Assembly: GCA_023231475.1 (NCBI GenBank)
Contig: JALJEE010001557.1
Span: 1-64,000, forward strand
Reading direction: 5' to 3'
DNA: 64,000 bases
DNA from: Seison nebaliae
Lineage: Eukaryota
Shown here: piece by piece, positions 28,031 to 41,694 of the stretch
How positions within the stretch are numbered: position 1 is the first letter of the stretch
How the letters are laid out: each line of letters opens with the position of its first letter
Notes under the pieces: model-generated
Told to the model about the DNA's origin: nothing
Database searches by the model: none
Seen by the model: only the letters and a program-made list of their open reading frames with translations
Program-made: the position numbers and the translations under genes

Positions 28031-28800
28031 ATCAAATTATTTCATGACCTCTTTCTCATAATTCTCACTATTCTCAATGGATATTGTACCTAAATAATAT
28101 TTTTCTACTTTACGTAATCGAATTTTCTCATTTATATTTATTAAGGAAATTAAAATTAATAAAAGTATATTGATACCCGATAACGTCATATTTTCTAAAT
28201 AAATGATAATTGAATATTCCGTTAATCCAATCATTTTTTATGGAAAATTGGTTTATTCATCTTTTTATTACAATTCAATTCTATTAGACTGGAAACTTAA
28301 AATTGTATTAAATTTCCATTCTTTGCGAGATCGGAAGTTTATTGATTAAGGATAAAAATATTAATAGGAAAATAATTAATTAAATTTCCCTTTGTTCTTT
28401 CATTCAGTTATTGTATTTATTTAATAAACATAACAATTTATGGAATGATATTATCATCTTAACATGATATCTTTATTAATCATGACACATATAACATATC
28501 AAGTATTAACATAACAAACTGTATTTACAAGATTAAAACAGAGATGTAGTCCATACAGCGAATGAAGCTTTCCTTTGGAAAAAGAATGGTCTCTTATTAC
28601 TTATCTGATTAGGGATATGATAGTCTCAGATATTATGATATCAGATACCCCTATTGTTATTGGATTTTTCTTAAAATTGGCATGATTCTAGTCATACCAC
28701 TCAATCACTATTTACATAATTTCATCCCAATTCTGTATAGTTCCATTACTCAGCGAAAACATTCATTTTTAGAATACTCTCAGGAATTTATTACTATAAA

Positions 28801-30087
28801 ATGACCATCACAATAGCGCCACAATTTGACGAAGTTAAAGTTTCAGCGACTTTAGCAATTAATGAAAAATCGAAAGAGTTGGAAGCGAAAGGTAAACAGA
28901 TTTTCCGTTATGGATTCGGTCAATCACCATTTCCAGTACCGGATATACTGATTGAAGAATTGTGTGAAAAAGCGCCGGAGAAATTGTATTTACCATCTCA
29001 TGGATTGTTGGAGTTACGAGAAAATATAATAAAATTCCAACGTCACTTCTACAAGACTGACGAAAAACATTATTCTTCTGCTGATAATATATTCATCGGT
29101 CCTGGTAGCAAAGAGTTATTGTTCGATTTACTCCTATTAATAAACGGTACTCTTTTACTACCGAAAGGTTCTTGGGTCAGCTATGAACCTCAAGCTAGAA
29201 TTCTAAAGAAACCAGTGATATATATTGATACTAAATACGCCGATTCTTATAAGATTACTCGAGAGAGTTTGACGGAGACATTGAAAACAGTCGATGAAGC
29301 ACAACATTTAATTTTAATCATGAGTCCGTTGACTAATCCGGTTGGTTCGAATTATACGATGGAAGAAATTAGAGTTCTTGGAGAAATTTGTAAAGAAAGA
29401 AATATCACAGTAATATCAGATGAAATTTATACGCTTTTGAATCATAAATCTGAAGAATGGGAACCATCGCCGTCAATGTCGATGGTTTTACCAGAACAAA
29501 CTATAATAACGAACGGATTATCTAAAGCTTTTGGTGCTGGTGGTTGGAGAATTGGTTATTGTGTTATTCCCAACAACTTATTATTAGTCTTAGAGAAACC
29601 ATTAATTAGTTTAATTAGCGAAACATATTCCTGTGTAGCTGCTCCTATTCAATATGCTGCGATTAAAGCCTATGATGTTGAAACTTTCCAGATGTCAATA
29701 TTATCGATTATGAAGAAGCAAATCAAAGTTCTCAATCACATTTATTCGAGAATTGACAACGAACTTAAACAAACTAAATTAATTTATCATGATTATGGGG
29801 CATATTATTTAATGCCGATTTTCGTTAATTATCGAGAAATATTTAAAACGAAATTGAACATAAACAATTCAAACGAATTGGCTACATATTTACTGGACGA
29901 ACTTGGTATAGCAACGTTATCAGGAGATGAATTTGGTATAAATAGCGAAGACTTAGCACTACGGTTTGCTTTCGTTAACTTTGATGGGAAGAAATCGTTG
30001 GAAAACATGGACTATTTGGACGACGTAATAGAAGATACCGTAAAAGGTTTCAAGACATTAAGGGAGTGGTTAAATGAATTAGAATGA
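28801..30087 (+). CDS. PLP-dependent class I/II (aspartate aminotransferase Ib-like) aminotransferase, intronless
   Basis: SATLAINE, GFGQSPFPVP, GPGSKEL, SWVSY, NPVG, ISDEIY, and SKAFGAGGWRIG carrying the PLP lysine. Confidence 0.9.
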   Translation: MTITIAPQFDEVKVSATLAINEKSKELEAKGKQIFRYGFGQSPFPVPDILIEELCEKAPEKLYLPSHGLLELRENIIKFQRHFYKTDEKHYSSADNIFIGPGSKELLFDLLLLINGTLLLPKGSWVSYEPQARILKKPVIYIDTKYADSYKITRESLTETLKTVDEAQHLILIMSPLTNPVGSNYTMEEIRVLGEICKERNITVISDEIYTLLNHKSEEWEPSPSMSMVLPEQTIITNGLSKAFGAGGWRIGYCVIPNNLLLVLEKPLISLISETYSCVAAPIQYAAIKAYDVETFQMSILSIMKKQIKVLNHIYSRIDNELKQTKLIYHDYGAYYLMPIFVNYREIFKTKLNINNSNELATYLLDELGIATLSGDEFGINSEDLALRFAFVNFDGKKSLENMDYLDDVIEDTVKGFKTLREWLNELE

Positions 30088-30242
30088 ATTTCTTTATAAA
30101 TTCATTAAATTTTTATTAACATCTCTTCCATTTTTTGTAAGCAAAAACTTATTGTTAATCAATTTTGAAAAATAAAGAATAGTTTCGAATAAACACTGTA
30201 TATTGTATTTATTTTAATAAGTTTAGCTTTTGAATTTTTGTC

Positions 30243-30256
30243 GTTGCCATAGTAAC
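30243..30256. promoter_or_regulatory. RFX X-box GTTGCCATAGTAAC, 12 bp upstream of the PIH1D2-like ATG
   Basis: Exact match to GTNRCC(N0-3)RGYAAC, in front of a dynein-assembly-factor gene. Confidence 0.75.
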
Positions 30257-30268
30257 GTATTAAAAGAG

Positions 30269-31282
30269 ATGACTGAAAAAGATCAATTAAGTAGTTCTGA
30301 TCGAAATCTGATGGATAAGTGCGATCCTGCAACGTTTAATAAGATGTGGAAAGTTTTAGATAATTTAGCTAAAGACAAACCTTTAGTGTATCGGTTAGTG
30401 ATCGGCTAATTTAGTATGGGATTTTCCTGAAATTTTCTACAGTAAATTTTTACAGCAACAATTTGAGAAAGCTGAAGAAGAGAAGAAGATTGCACATCCG
30501 TTTATTTTATTAAAAGGTTGTACCCGTTTGAATTTGAATGTGTATTTAACAATAACTTATTCGCCGAGAATAACGAAAACTAAAAACGAACAAGGACAAC
30601 TTCAATATTTCGGATCATTTAAATTGTTATCATGCACCGTTTGTAAAAGTTAATCTTTTTATTGAAAGACAACTCTGACAATTTCGAATTAACAGATAAG
30701 AATTGTTATTTTGCTATCGTAACATTTAGTAAACAATTTCTGGAATCGATTCCATTAAACGATTTATGTTCTGATATGACTATATTGATGAATGAAATCA
30801 ATTCATCCATAAAATTGACAGGAATGCTAGTTGTAAAAGTTCCATCGAAAGACGACTCTTTCCATGGAACATTGACATTCGATGATTTAATCCATCAGTA
30901 TTTAATCTCATCAAATAGATCGAAAATTATTGAAGTAGTTCCAACCGAACCAACGAGTGCGATTAACATGAGATTTGTGAAGAAGTCATATATCAATTTA
31001 ACGATTCCCCAAATTATTTTCCAAGAATTAGATGATGGAAAATCTTTCAATTTAGGAGTGGAAGTTACAATAACAAATATCGATAAAGTGAAAGCGAGAA
31101 ATATAAAGATAACATATGAAGAAGAAAAGAATCAGTTAAATATCTGTGAAACAAATCGAGTTATGAAACTGATTCAATTACCAAAAGAACTCTATCGAGA
31201 TAATGAATTACCGATACGAATAAAATGGATAAAAAAAGATTCATTCCTATTGATTCTCATACCATTAATTCAACAACTTTAA
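30269..31282 (+). CDS. PIH1D2: PIH1 domain-containing protein 2-like (axonemal dynein assembly co-chaperone), 3 exons
   Basis: N-terminal MWKVLDNLAKDKPLVYRKFLQQQ matches the PIH1D2 W..LD.LA...P..Y.KFI.QQ pattern. CS-like C-terminus (IQLP...IKWIKK..FLLILIP) and an upstream X-box. Confidence 0.7.
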
Positions 31283-31400
31283 TTTATTAAAACAACTCTC
31301 ATCTAATAAAAAAATATCGTTGAAAATACTTCCAAATAATCAAATGAATTGTATTAAATTAATATAATTAAAATATAATATTCAAATTAAAATTCTTTTT

Positions 31401-32590
31401 TTACATATTCAAAGCAACACGACAACTTTCCCAAACGATTTGATCATCCTTCGTCTTCTCTTGTGCGTATAATAATTTAACGAGATTCGTAGAATGTTTG
31501 TCATTGAATGCACCCATCGCTTCAATACATTCGTGACGTACCATAGAATTTTCAGATAAATCATTCATTACCTCATTTAAATGATTGGACGTGTCATGGT
31601 CGAATAAGGCGATTTGTCCTAAAACAAACGCACATTCGTGACGATATAATGCACTTTGTCCATATTTAGCTTCTAAAAAAATTTTTAAAAAAAATTGAAA
31701 AAATTTCCAAAAAAGATAAAGTTTGAGAAAATTTTGTGAAAAAATAAAATAAAAAAAAAATCAATTTTCTAAAATTTTCTGAAAAAATATAATTTGAATA
31801 AATTTTTTAAAAAAAATCAGTTTTCGAAAATTTTCAAAAAATAATAAATTTAAAGAAAATTAGAAAAAAAAATTGAATTTAATAACTTGTAAGATGAAAA
31901 GAAACCTGAAGCAATAATTTCCAAAATTTTCCGATCAGTTTTATTTTTCAAAAATAAATCTCTCAATGTAAATAGAACTCGATAACGTTGGAACAAATCC
32001 GACACCTTTAAACTTTTTTTCAATTCATCAACATTGAAATCATCTAATGATTTATCAGAATTTTTTGTTAATGACGGTGCTGGATCGATACAATCGAATG
32101 AATCATTAAAATCGTTGATCTCATCTGATTGTCCGTTATAAAATTCGATTCTCTTCACTGCCAATTCACACGTTTCACGAACTTCTACATATTTATCAGA
32201 ATCTCGATGAAATTTCAATATTTCCATCACATCTATATTGAATCTTTTCTTCGCTTCTGTACATCGATTGGGACCTAATGCACCTAAAGCTTCACATGCT
32301 TCATGTCGTGAAATATAATCATTTTCTAATGATTTATTTCTTAAAATCTCATCAATAAGAATCGGAATAACTTCACAACGTTTCATTTGTCCCATCACAT
32401 ATGCCAATTCGTGGCGTAATAAAATACTGGGAATTTTTATCGCTTCTCTAATACCATCTAATATCTCTCTTAAAATCGTTTTATCATTCGAATTTTCAAC
32501 GATTTGACGAAGTTGAAAAAGTGACGACATTCTCTCCTCAATCTCATTCTCTTTTCCCAACAAATTCCTCAAATTAATCAAATGTGACAT
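31401..32590 (-). CDS. DOHH: Deoxyhypusine hydroxylase, 2 exons (intron 31673-31905)
   Basis: Four His-Glu iron-binding HEAT motifs: LLRHELAYVMGQ, SRHEACEALGA, LYRHECAFVLGQ, MVRHECIEAMGA. Also EVRETCELA and DPAP. Confidence 0.92.
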
Positions 32591-32736
32591 GATGAATAAA
32601 AATTTTCTATTTTCAAAAGAAAAGAATAAATTTCCATCAGATAATGTTGTTGAAGAAGAAGTGAACAAATTTCCATCAGATGATAGAAATGTGGGAGAAA
32701 ACAAATGATGATTTTATAATAAACAAAATAATTTCT

Positions 32737-34530
32737 TTACAATCCTTTCTTCAACGTATATTTAATCCGTCTCTTATTCCGTTTCCTGGAAAAATGAAAA
32801 AAAAATTTTCAAAAATTATTTGTGAAATTTAAACTTGTTTAATTTCTTTCTCGGTTCAATAATATTTCTCTTCTGTAATGAATAATATCGATCTTCTAAT
32901 AAATTGACATTCGTCTACAAATTAATATTCCATTAAATTCACTCATCCGAAAGAAGAAAGAACTTTCATATTTTTTAAAGAATTCGTCGCATCTTCTTCT
33001 AAATTCATCACGCTCAATCGTTTCTCTTCGTCGACAAATTTGAATTTTCCCAATTTCTTCGTTTTTGTTTCTTCAAATTTTTTCTTCTTTTCTCGTTTCT
33101 CTTCGTTCATTTTCTTTCTTTCCTTCAACGAATTTTCAACTTCTTCTGTGATTTGAAGAACGCTAAAAAAATTTTCAATAATTTTCCAATTAATTTTTTG
33201 AAAAAAAACTTTTTATTCAATCGTCCAAGACGGATCTTTTCACGTAAATTCGCTTTCGACTTTTTTATCAATTTCACTTTTTCTATTCGATTCCTTTCCG
33301 TTTTACTTTTTCTTTTTTGTTTTTTCTCTCGTCGTTTCTTCAACAATTCTTTCTCTTCACTTGTCAATAGACAAATATCTATATCTTCTTCCAATTCTTC
33401 ATCTTTCGTCTTCTCTTCTTCATTATTAAATTGGATATTATACAAATCTTGAACGAAATTTTGCTAAAAAAAATTTTAAATAAGAAAATTAGAAAAAAAG
33501 AAAAACTTTCGATTGAGAGAATGCTTGGAGTAATTGGGGTTTTTCTAAAATGATTTCTTTTTCTTTATATTCCACATCTAACGCGTTTGGTATTAACCGT
33601 TTGATATGATTCTATCAAAGAAAAAAATGGAAATAAGAAAATTGAATAAAATTTTTTTTTAGGAAAAATCAAATTATTTTTTGGAAGTTCAGATTCGCCT
33701 TTTTGAATCATTTACACATTTAAATTCTGCTAATTAAATGATTCTCATATATATGATTTATTCTCATCAGAAGAAGAAAAATGAAAACATTATAGAAAAA
33801 ATGGAACTTGTCGATCTTTCTCCTCAGGTCGATAAGATAATCCAGGATGTGGTAAATCGATCGATGGTAATTTACATGATTCTCTTTGATCAATTAACGA
33901 TTTAGAGACGGTGGAATTTTTCTTCTGATTTAATAAGAATTTGAATATGAGAAAAAGCGGAAAAAATGAACTTCTTCTTCTTTGCCATCCCAGAGCAATT
34001 GAGTTTTCAATGAATCTTTCTTTAATTTTTTCTCTTTATTTTTCTTCGTTAATTTCTGCAGATTTTCATGACGAATTCTCTTCTCTTCTTTCCGTTGAGT
34101 TAATCCTGCACGGATTTCATCTAACGTCTTCTTTTTCACTGGTTCATTTAAACTAAATGAAATTAATTAGTTAATTAAATTATTTTTTTAAGTGAAGAAA
34201 AACCTGAAAATTTTTTTGTGTAATTTATCAATTCTATTTAATTTCTTTTGTGATAGAATCGGATTTCCTCTTGCCACTGTATCAATCGTAAAATATGAAT
34301 CAAGATTTTTTTTTACATTCACTCTGTGAAGTTTAAAATGAAGAAGAGAGTTGAAGAATAATTAAGAACCCAGTTCTTTTCTCTAATAACGCGTCAACCG
34401 ACTCTAAGGGAATATCGGAAACATCGATATATTTCCTCCAATTTTTCTTCGATTTTTTAGTAAATTTTTGACTTTTCTTCTTCGCACAATTCACTTTCTT
34501 CGTTTCTACTTTATTCTCATTTAACTTCAT
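32737..34530 (-). CDS. NOP53: Ribosome biogenesis protein NOP53 (GLTSCR2), 9 exons
   Basis: N-terminal KKSKKNWRKYIDV, YFTIDT, LPHPGLSYRP, and C-terminal NLLEDRYYSLQKRNIIEPR. Eight GTT..AG introns restore the frame. Confidence 0.88.
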
Positions 34531-35774
34531 CCTTAACACATGTGATTCCTTTTATTTCATTCAGCTTTCACTTTAAAACCTTTATTAGTTTTTTAATGAA
34601 ATTCTCTAATAATTTCTGGATTGTCGATTCTGTTGAATTTGTTGATGAAAGTAGTTGAACTTTTCCTATCTTGAACGTCTTTTTTTCGTTTTATTATTTT
34701 CTAACAATTATTAGACTTATTAATATGTTACACGTTGAATATCGATTATTTCAGCACTTACTTAAATCATTCCGTTTTCCTCACTCTATATAAAATGCTG
34801 TTGAAAAGGTTAATTTTCTCTTAACTATAGTTAAGTTTCGGCTTCCTCTCTCGATTTATTCATCCATCATTTCCTCATCCTAATTCACTTGACGTAGGAA
34901 TTGAGTGGAATGAATCTGGTTTGTTAAAAATAAAATGAGAGAGCAAGATGGATATAAGAAGTTGTATCGAATTGAACATGAGTAGAGTAATATGTGTGTA
35001 ATTTAGCATAGGTGGAAGTTTAAAAAAAGTTGTTAGTTTCTTGTAAGTTTAAAAAACTACATCTATTGCTACAATTGTTGTGTTTTAACAAATATTTTAT
35101 GGTTAGTTGTTTCTTGAAACCGAGAAACTTATAGGATTGATCAACTTTAAAGTTCTTCAATTTTGTACTTCGTAATTAATTGGTGGAAGCAGTGAAAATA
35201 ATCTCCATAATCAAACGTACACTAACGAAAATTAACAGACTGAAAAAATTGTTGTAGTAATGAAGGAACTAATGGAAATAATGATTGAGCAAATCGCTGT
35301 ATAATTGTGAGAAAATTTTAGATGGTTTCATTTTCCAAAAACTCTTTTCCTATAGAAAACCGATAAACACTTGCTTATTGTGAGTTGATAATTTCGGGTT
35401 TTTGAGTTTTCGGGTACCTCTTGAAAATTTAATCTTTTCTTAAGTTTCTAATTTCTAAGTATTATTAAATTAGTAACTCCAAAGATTAAATAAACTCTAC
35501 TAACTTAAGTTACAACTGATTTCTTTCAAGGATGTTTTTTGTTTAAAAGAAATGAATATTTCATTCTGGAAATGATATAACAATATTTGATGGATGATAT
35601 CAATTCTCAAGCAAATAATCGATGAGTAATAATTGAGAAGATTTATGAAAAGATAAAAAAACATATTGGAAAATAAATTGAATGACGTAATAGACATACT
35701 TTGTTTATTTAATGGCCAATAGTAATTTCAATGAAATTTCATTCTTAATTCGGTAAAGTTTCGTCGAATTGAAA

Positions 35775-38700
35775 ATGATCAATCAAAAAACGAAATTCCG
35801 AATATTGTTCTGGAAGGTATGGATCCAAATGAGAAGGAATTGGATGAGCACTTTGATGGAATTATTCCTGCCAATTATCATTCCGTTGATTGTCATGTTA
35901 TATGTTCGTTGGAGGATAACTGTTGAAATGAATGACGAAGTAACTGAATGGCCGTCGTATAGTTTGAGTAATTCGAGCAGGGCGTTACCAAAATATACGA
36001 CATTAGCTTATACTCCGAATGAATCGTATGTTCACGAAATCGTTGACAAATTGCCAATGAGAGAATTGTTGACAACACGAGTGTTTAATACGGAGAAAGA
36101 AATGGAAGATTATTCAGTAAAGAATTGTTATTTTAAATAATTATTTAATTAATTATTATTTTAACATTAGCACAATTTTGGGCTGCTGCGATCGTCTTCA
36201 TAAATCCGACAACGTACAAATTGCGATTTCCATTGAAGTTGCGTTCGCAAGTGGAAGAAAAATATTGGGATACATCCAAATTAGCATATCGTAACGTTCA
36301 CCGATTAAGACCGACTAGTGAAGTTGCTAGTTACGATACTAGACAATGTTAATTTTCAATATTTTATATTATTAATGAAACTACGAAATTAAATATTTTC
36401 GTAGATTATACATTCGAGGGATTTCTCATATTACAAGAAATGATTGATCGATTGATAATTGCCAATCATTCCAAAGGAAAGAATGGAACTACCGTATCAT
36501 ATGATAATATCGAACGTAAAATGCAACGTCTCCCTTATCCTCCATATATCGACGATCGAATATCTATACTTTTATCGTCACAATTACCGTTCTTATTCAC
36601 CATCAGTATGATGTTCATTGTGGTGTTGAATGTGAGAGCGTTGACGATCGAAAAAGAGATTGGAATGAGAGAATTGATGAAATTACACGGACTCACTAGA
36701 TTCAATCAATGGTCAGTTTATGTGATTAAAATGATTTTATTCGCTTTCTATTTCACCATAATTATGACGATTGTTTTCAAAGTTAATTTTCTTAAAAATC
36801 AAGTTTTTCATTCATTCGAATCTTAAGATAAAATTAACACCCACGGAAAGTGTAATAAGTGAATCGATTGTCCGTAATACAAATACTCTTATTTTATTCA
36901 TATTCATCTTTCTATACGTCGCTTCAATGGTTACATTTTCGTTGTTCTGTGCCGCCATCTTCTCAAAAGGTTCTTCGTTTTCCTTCGAGAAATTTAATTG
37001 TTCATTGTAAATTGAAGGATATATTGGAGCGTTGGGTGGTGGATTATTAACATTCTTCACTTATATGCCATACACTTTTGTCCAGAATGTAGATGTGCCA
37101 AAAAGTGTAAGAATTGTATTATCGTTATTCTCTACCTCAGCATTCTCATTTGGAACGGAGGTTTTAGGCGAATGGGAAGGAAGAGGTATCGGAGTAACTT
37201 CTGACACATTGGCTGAACAACCCATTTTAATCTATCGACTCTCATTTATGGATGTATTGATTATGTTAGGGTTCGATACGATACTATATTTATTATTAGC
37301 TATATATGTCGATGATATTCATCCTGGAGAGTATGGTATTGCGAAAGATTGGTTTTATCCTGCACAGGTTTCTTTCTTCTTTTTAATTTTTATCAAAAAA
37401 TTGTTATATAAATTTATGGAAATTAGTACCTGATTAATAAATGGAGGGAATCGGAAGAATTTTTAAATGAACAAAAAAGTTTTAAGTTGGTAAATTTCCG
37501 AAAGAGTTTTTTCGAACGAAGTAACAATGATGACCTCGTACCGACAATTGAAATAAAGAATTTAAGAAAAGTTTTCTTTTCACAATTCTCGTGACTTTTT
37601 GAAATGTTTGTTAAAAGGTTTTCTATGAAAATAAACTCTGCAAAACATCTGAAGGGAAAGTGGCGGTTGATTGTCTGAATATGAAAGTTTATGGTAATCA
37701 GATTACTGGTTTCCTCGGACAAAACGGCGCTGGAAAGAGTACTACTATCAATATGTTAACTGGTTTGGACAAGTAATTATGCAAATTTTCCAATTATTTT
37801 GTTTATGTTATTGTAGGAATTATGAAACCGACTGGCGGGCATGTGATTATTGAGAATAAATATGATCTCTCAGAAAATCTGGATACTTTCCGCAACAGTT
37901 TAGGTGTCTGTCAACAACATAATGTTCTTTTCGATTATATGACAGTGAAGGAAACCTTATACTTTTTTGCAACGGTTCCCAATCTTTCTATTTAAAAATT
38001 TAAACCGAGTTTAATCTCTCAAAGTTAAAAGATTCGGTGGATGTTGATAGGGAAGTGGAAAAATATTTGCATAGTTTAAATTTAGAAAGTCAAACTGATA
38101 AATTATCGAGACAATTATCTGGTGGACAAAAACGTCGGTTATGTATCGGAATTGCATTTTGTGGTAATTCGAAAATGATCATTTTAGATGAACCAACAGC
38201 TGGTGTGGATCCGAAAGCTCGTCGAGAAATTTGGGAGATTCTCTTAGATCATAAGAAAGATAGAACTATTATATTGACAACTCATTTTATGGATGAAGCG
38301 GATTTTCTTGCAGATAAAATAGGAATATTATTCGAAGGTAAATTGAAGTGTCACGGAACGAGTCTCTTCCTCAAAGGTAAATTTGGGAAGGGATATCATT
38401 TAATTTGTACGAAAAATGATGAAGCGAAAAAAGATACTGGAAATCGAATGTTAAACTGGTTCAACAAGGACGAAATTGATTTCAAGGAAATTGAAATAGA
38501 ATCAGATATCGGAAAAGAAATCCAATTCTCTTTCCCGAAAAAGAAAGCTAAAGAAAATCTACCACAGATGTTAGAGAGTTTAGAAAAGAAGAAGAATGAT
38601 TTTAATATCGATAATTATGGTTTGAGTATAACGACTTTGGAAGAAGTCTTTCTAAAAGTGACAAATCAGCACGAATCCGACCATAAACCGGATGAAGAAG

Positions 38701-41694
38701 TAGAAAATAATTTAATAGATCGAAATTGGATAAGAGAAATAACCGAACCAAAATATTCCTTACTTACTGGAAGTGCATTGTTAATTCAACAATTTAAAAA
38801 TAATTTTCTTAAAATAATTCTACAAAATACTCGCAATCTAAAATTGTCCATCGCTCAAGTTTTGGTACCGATATTATTCGTTATTTTGGGAGTAATCGCG
38901 TTCAATATATTTCCTTCGGCTCTCTCAAAACATTCTCTATTACTCGGTCCACAAAACTATTCGGAACATATTGTTCCATTCGAACTGGAATTATCGGAAG
39001 CGGAATCGACACAAATGGAATTAGATATTTCAGATGTTTTCAGCAAAATTAAAAAAAGTCGGAAAGTAGATGACGATTATACTGTAATTTTACATAACGT
39101 TAATAAAGAATTGAACGAAAAGAAATATGCGGTGTGCGGAAATAAACAGTTAATATTTCTCGAAAAAAACTTTAAATTTTGAAAATTTTTCTTACGAATT
39201 TTTAGGTCGTTGCAAAATTATTCGGGATGTTTCGGAAATGAGATAAGTGTACATGACTTCTTAATGAATCATGTTATCGGTTTGAGAATAGAGAAGATTA
39301 ATTCGACTCTTCAATTAATCTCATTGTTCGAAAATTATTATTATCATGCTACAGCATATTCAGTTAATATTGTTTCTAATCTTCTGATGAAAATGGAAAG
39401 TGGAAATACCGATAATTTAATTACTACTTACAATCATCCATTGCCTCCAACTAATTCGGATGTACTGGGCCATCGTGATGATATTGTGGAGACGTTGGGT
39501 ATTTATATTCTTCTCATCGACGTGTTGATTGCATTCGCATTCATGTTCGCATCATACGCAGCTAATGTAGTCAATGAACGAGTATCTGGTGCTAAATTCT
39601 TACAAAATCTCTCTGGTATGAACTCCACCATTTATTGGTTAACTAATTTCCTTTGGAACTTCTCCAATTTCATCGTCGTATCAATCGCCATAATCATAAT
39701 TTTCAAAATTGGAGATGTATCACAATTAACTTCTAATTTCGGTTAATAGAAAGATAATATTAAATTAATTTTAAATATATCGCTCGCGAAATGACAGTTT
39801 TAGGTTCTCAACTATTTTTTCTGTTTCTACTCTTTGGTCCGTCGAATATCATGCTCATGTATATTCTCTCGAAATATTTCAAGAAATCAGCAAATGCTGT
39901 TGCTGCTCTTTGTTCGTTCAACATTTTGACGGGGGTCGTACCGTTTACGGTGATCTTCATTCTCAGACAAACTACAGATAATCAGGATGTACCTGACGCA
40001 TTAGATAATATTTTCATTATACTTTTACCAAATCATATGTTCGCTAACGGAATCTTCAAATTATACACATTGGAAAAAACAAAAGTAATTTGTGATCAAT
40101 ATTCAAATTTAATTATAAGTTAGAAAATATAATATAATTTTTGATTCTTCTAACATTGAAAGTAAGAGTTTGTAAGAGTTTTTTTGAAATTGTAAATCTT
40201 TTAAAATTTTCATTTTAATTCCTTAGAAGATTTTTCAGATTTATAATTTCGAAAAAGAATTAAAAGGAAGCTAACAAAATTGATATTTATTTTAAACGTT
40301 TTAATGTTTTAGGTGATTGTGATAAGAACTTTTTCTCGATGGAAAAACCTGGTGTACTGTTGAATATTATCTTTCTTGTCGTTCACGCAATCCTCATAAG
40401 CGGACTATTAGTTTTCATTGAGTCGCGTTTCAGTTATCGTATTCGTTGTTACTTATCAAGCATTATTAACCGATTGAAAACATGTCGAAGTAGAACTGAA
40501 AAAATGGAAAATGAATCGGTCGAAATTGAAGTTTAATTAATTTTAGTAATCAAATAAATAAATTTTTTAATTGTACTATTATATTAAAGGATGTATCTCC
40601 TGATATAATAAAGGAACAGAAGTATGTGGAAGACATCCGAAGTAACAGTAAGAAATTGGAGGATAATGTAGTGGTGGTTGATGGAATTGAGAAGAATTAT
40701 GGAGATTTTACTGCAGTTCATCCTACTTATCTACGATTAGGTTATGGCGAATGTTTCGGTTTGTTAGGAGCGAATGGTGCCGGTAAAACAACAATTTTCA
40801 AAATGTTAACCGGTAACGAAACACCATCAAACGGAAATATTTCCATAAATCAAATGAATTTAAAATCGCAACCAAAACTAGTTGGGAAATTTAATAGAAA
40901 TTAAAATTATATCATTCTGTGCATTGTAGGTGCAAAAAACTATGGGCTATTGTCCTCAATTTGATGCCTTATCAAATTACATGACGGGTAAAGAAATAAT
41001 TGAATATTATTGTTATATTCGAGGAATTCCTGATGAATATGTTTTAGAAACGACGAAGAATCTAATGAAATTGTTGAACTTAGAAAAATATGCGAATGTT
41101 TATGCAACGAAATACAGTGGGGGAAATAAACGGAAATTATCCACCGCTATCGCCTTAGTGGGCAATCCGAATGTCGTCTTGTTAGACGAACCAACGAGTG
41201 GAATGGATGTTGGTGCGCGACGGTATCTATGGAGAATAATTTTAGCAATTCGAGATACTAATAAACGATCAATCATTCTGACCACACATTCGATGGAGGA
41301 GTGTGAAGCATTGTGCACTAGAGCGTCGATTATGATGAATGGACAATTCCAATGTCTGAATTCCATTCAACAATTAAAGAGTTTCTATGGGAAAGGTTAC
41401 AATTTATCGTTAAAAACCAATGATGGCGAATCGATGAAACGATTATTAGAGTTTTTGAGGGAGAATTACGAGAAGGAGAATGTTAAAATAATAAACGAAT
41501 GTCAAAATATCGCCGAAGTCCAACTGAGAAATCACAACAATCGTCATTCACTTTCTTCCATTTTTGAATTGATGCAAAATAATCTGGATGAATTCTCCGT
41601 GAAAGACTACGCGATTACACAAACTACATTAGAACAAATATTCAACCAAATCACATCCAACCAAATTTCGCCTAATGGAAATTATGTTAATTGA
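35775..41694 (+). CDS. Full-size ABCA-family (ABCA3-like) lipid transporter, about 14-15 exons
   Basis: Two TM bundles and two NBDs: GQNGAGKS / LSGGQKRRL / ILDEPTAG / TTHFMDEAD, and GANGAGKT / YSGGNKRKL / LLDEPTSG / [16 protein letters not shown] and TTLEQIF regulatory motifs. Confidence 0.93.

Noticed and set aside
40227..40238. Possible further micro-exon (KDFS) in the ABCA intron
   Set aside because: No GT donor follows and the frame hits a stop.
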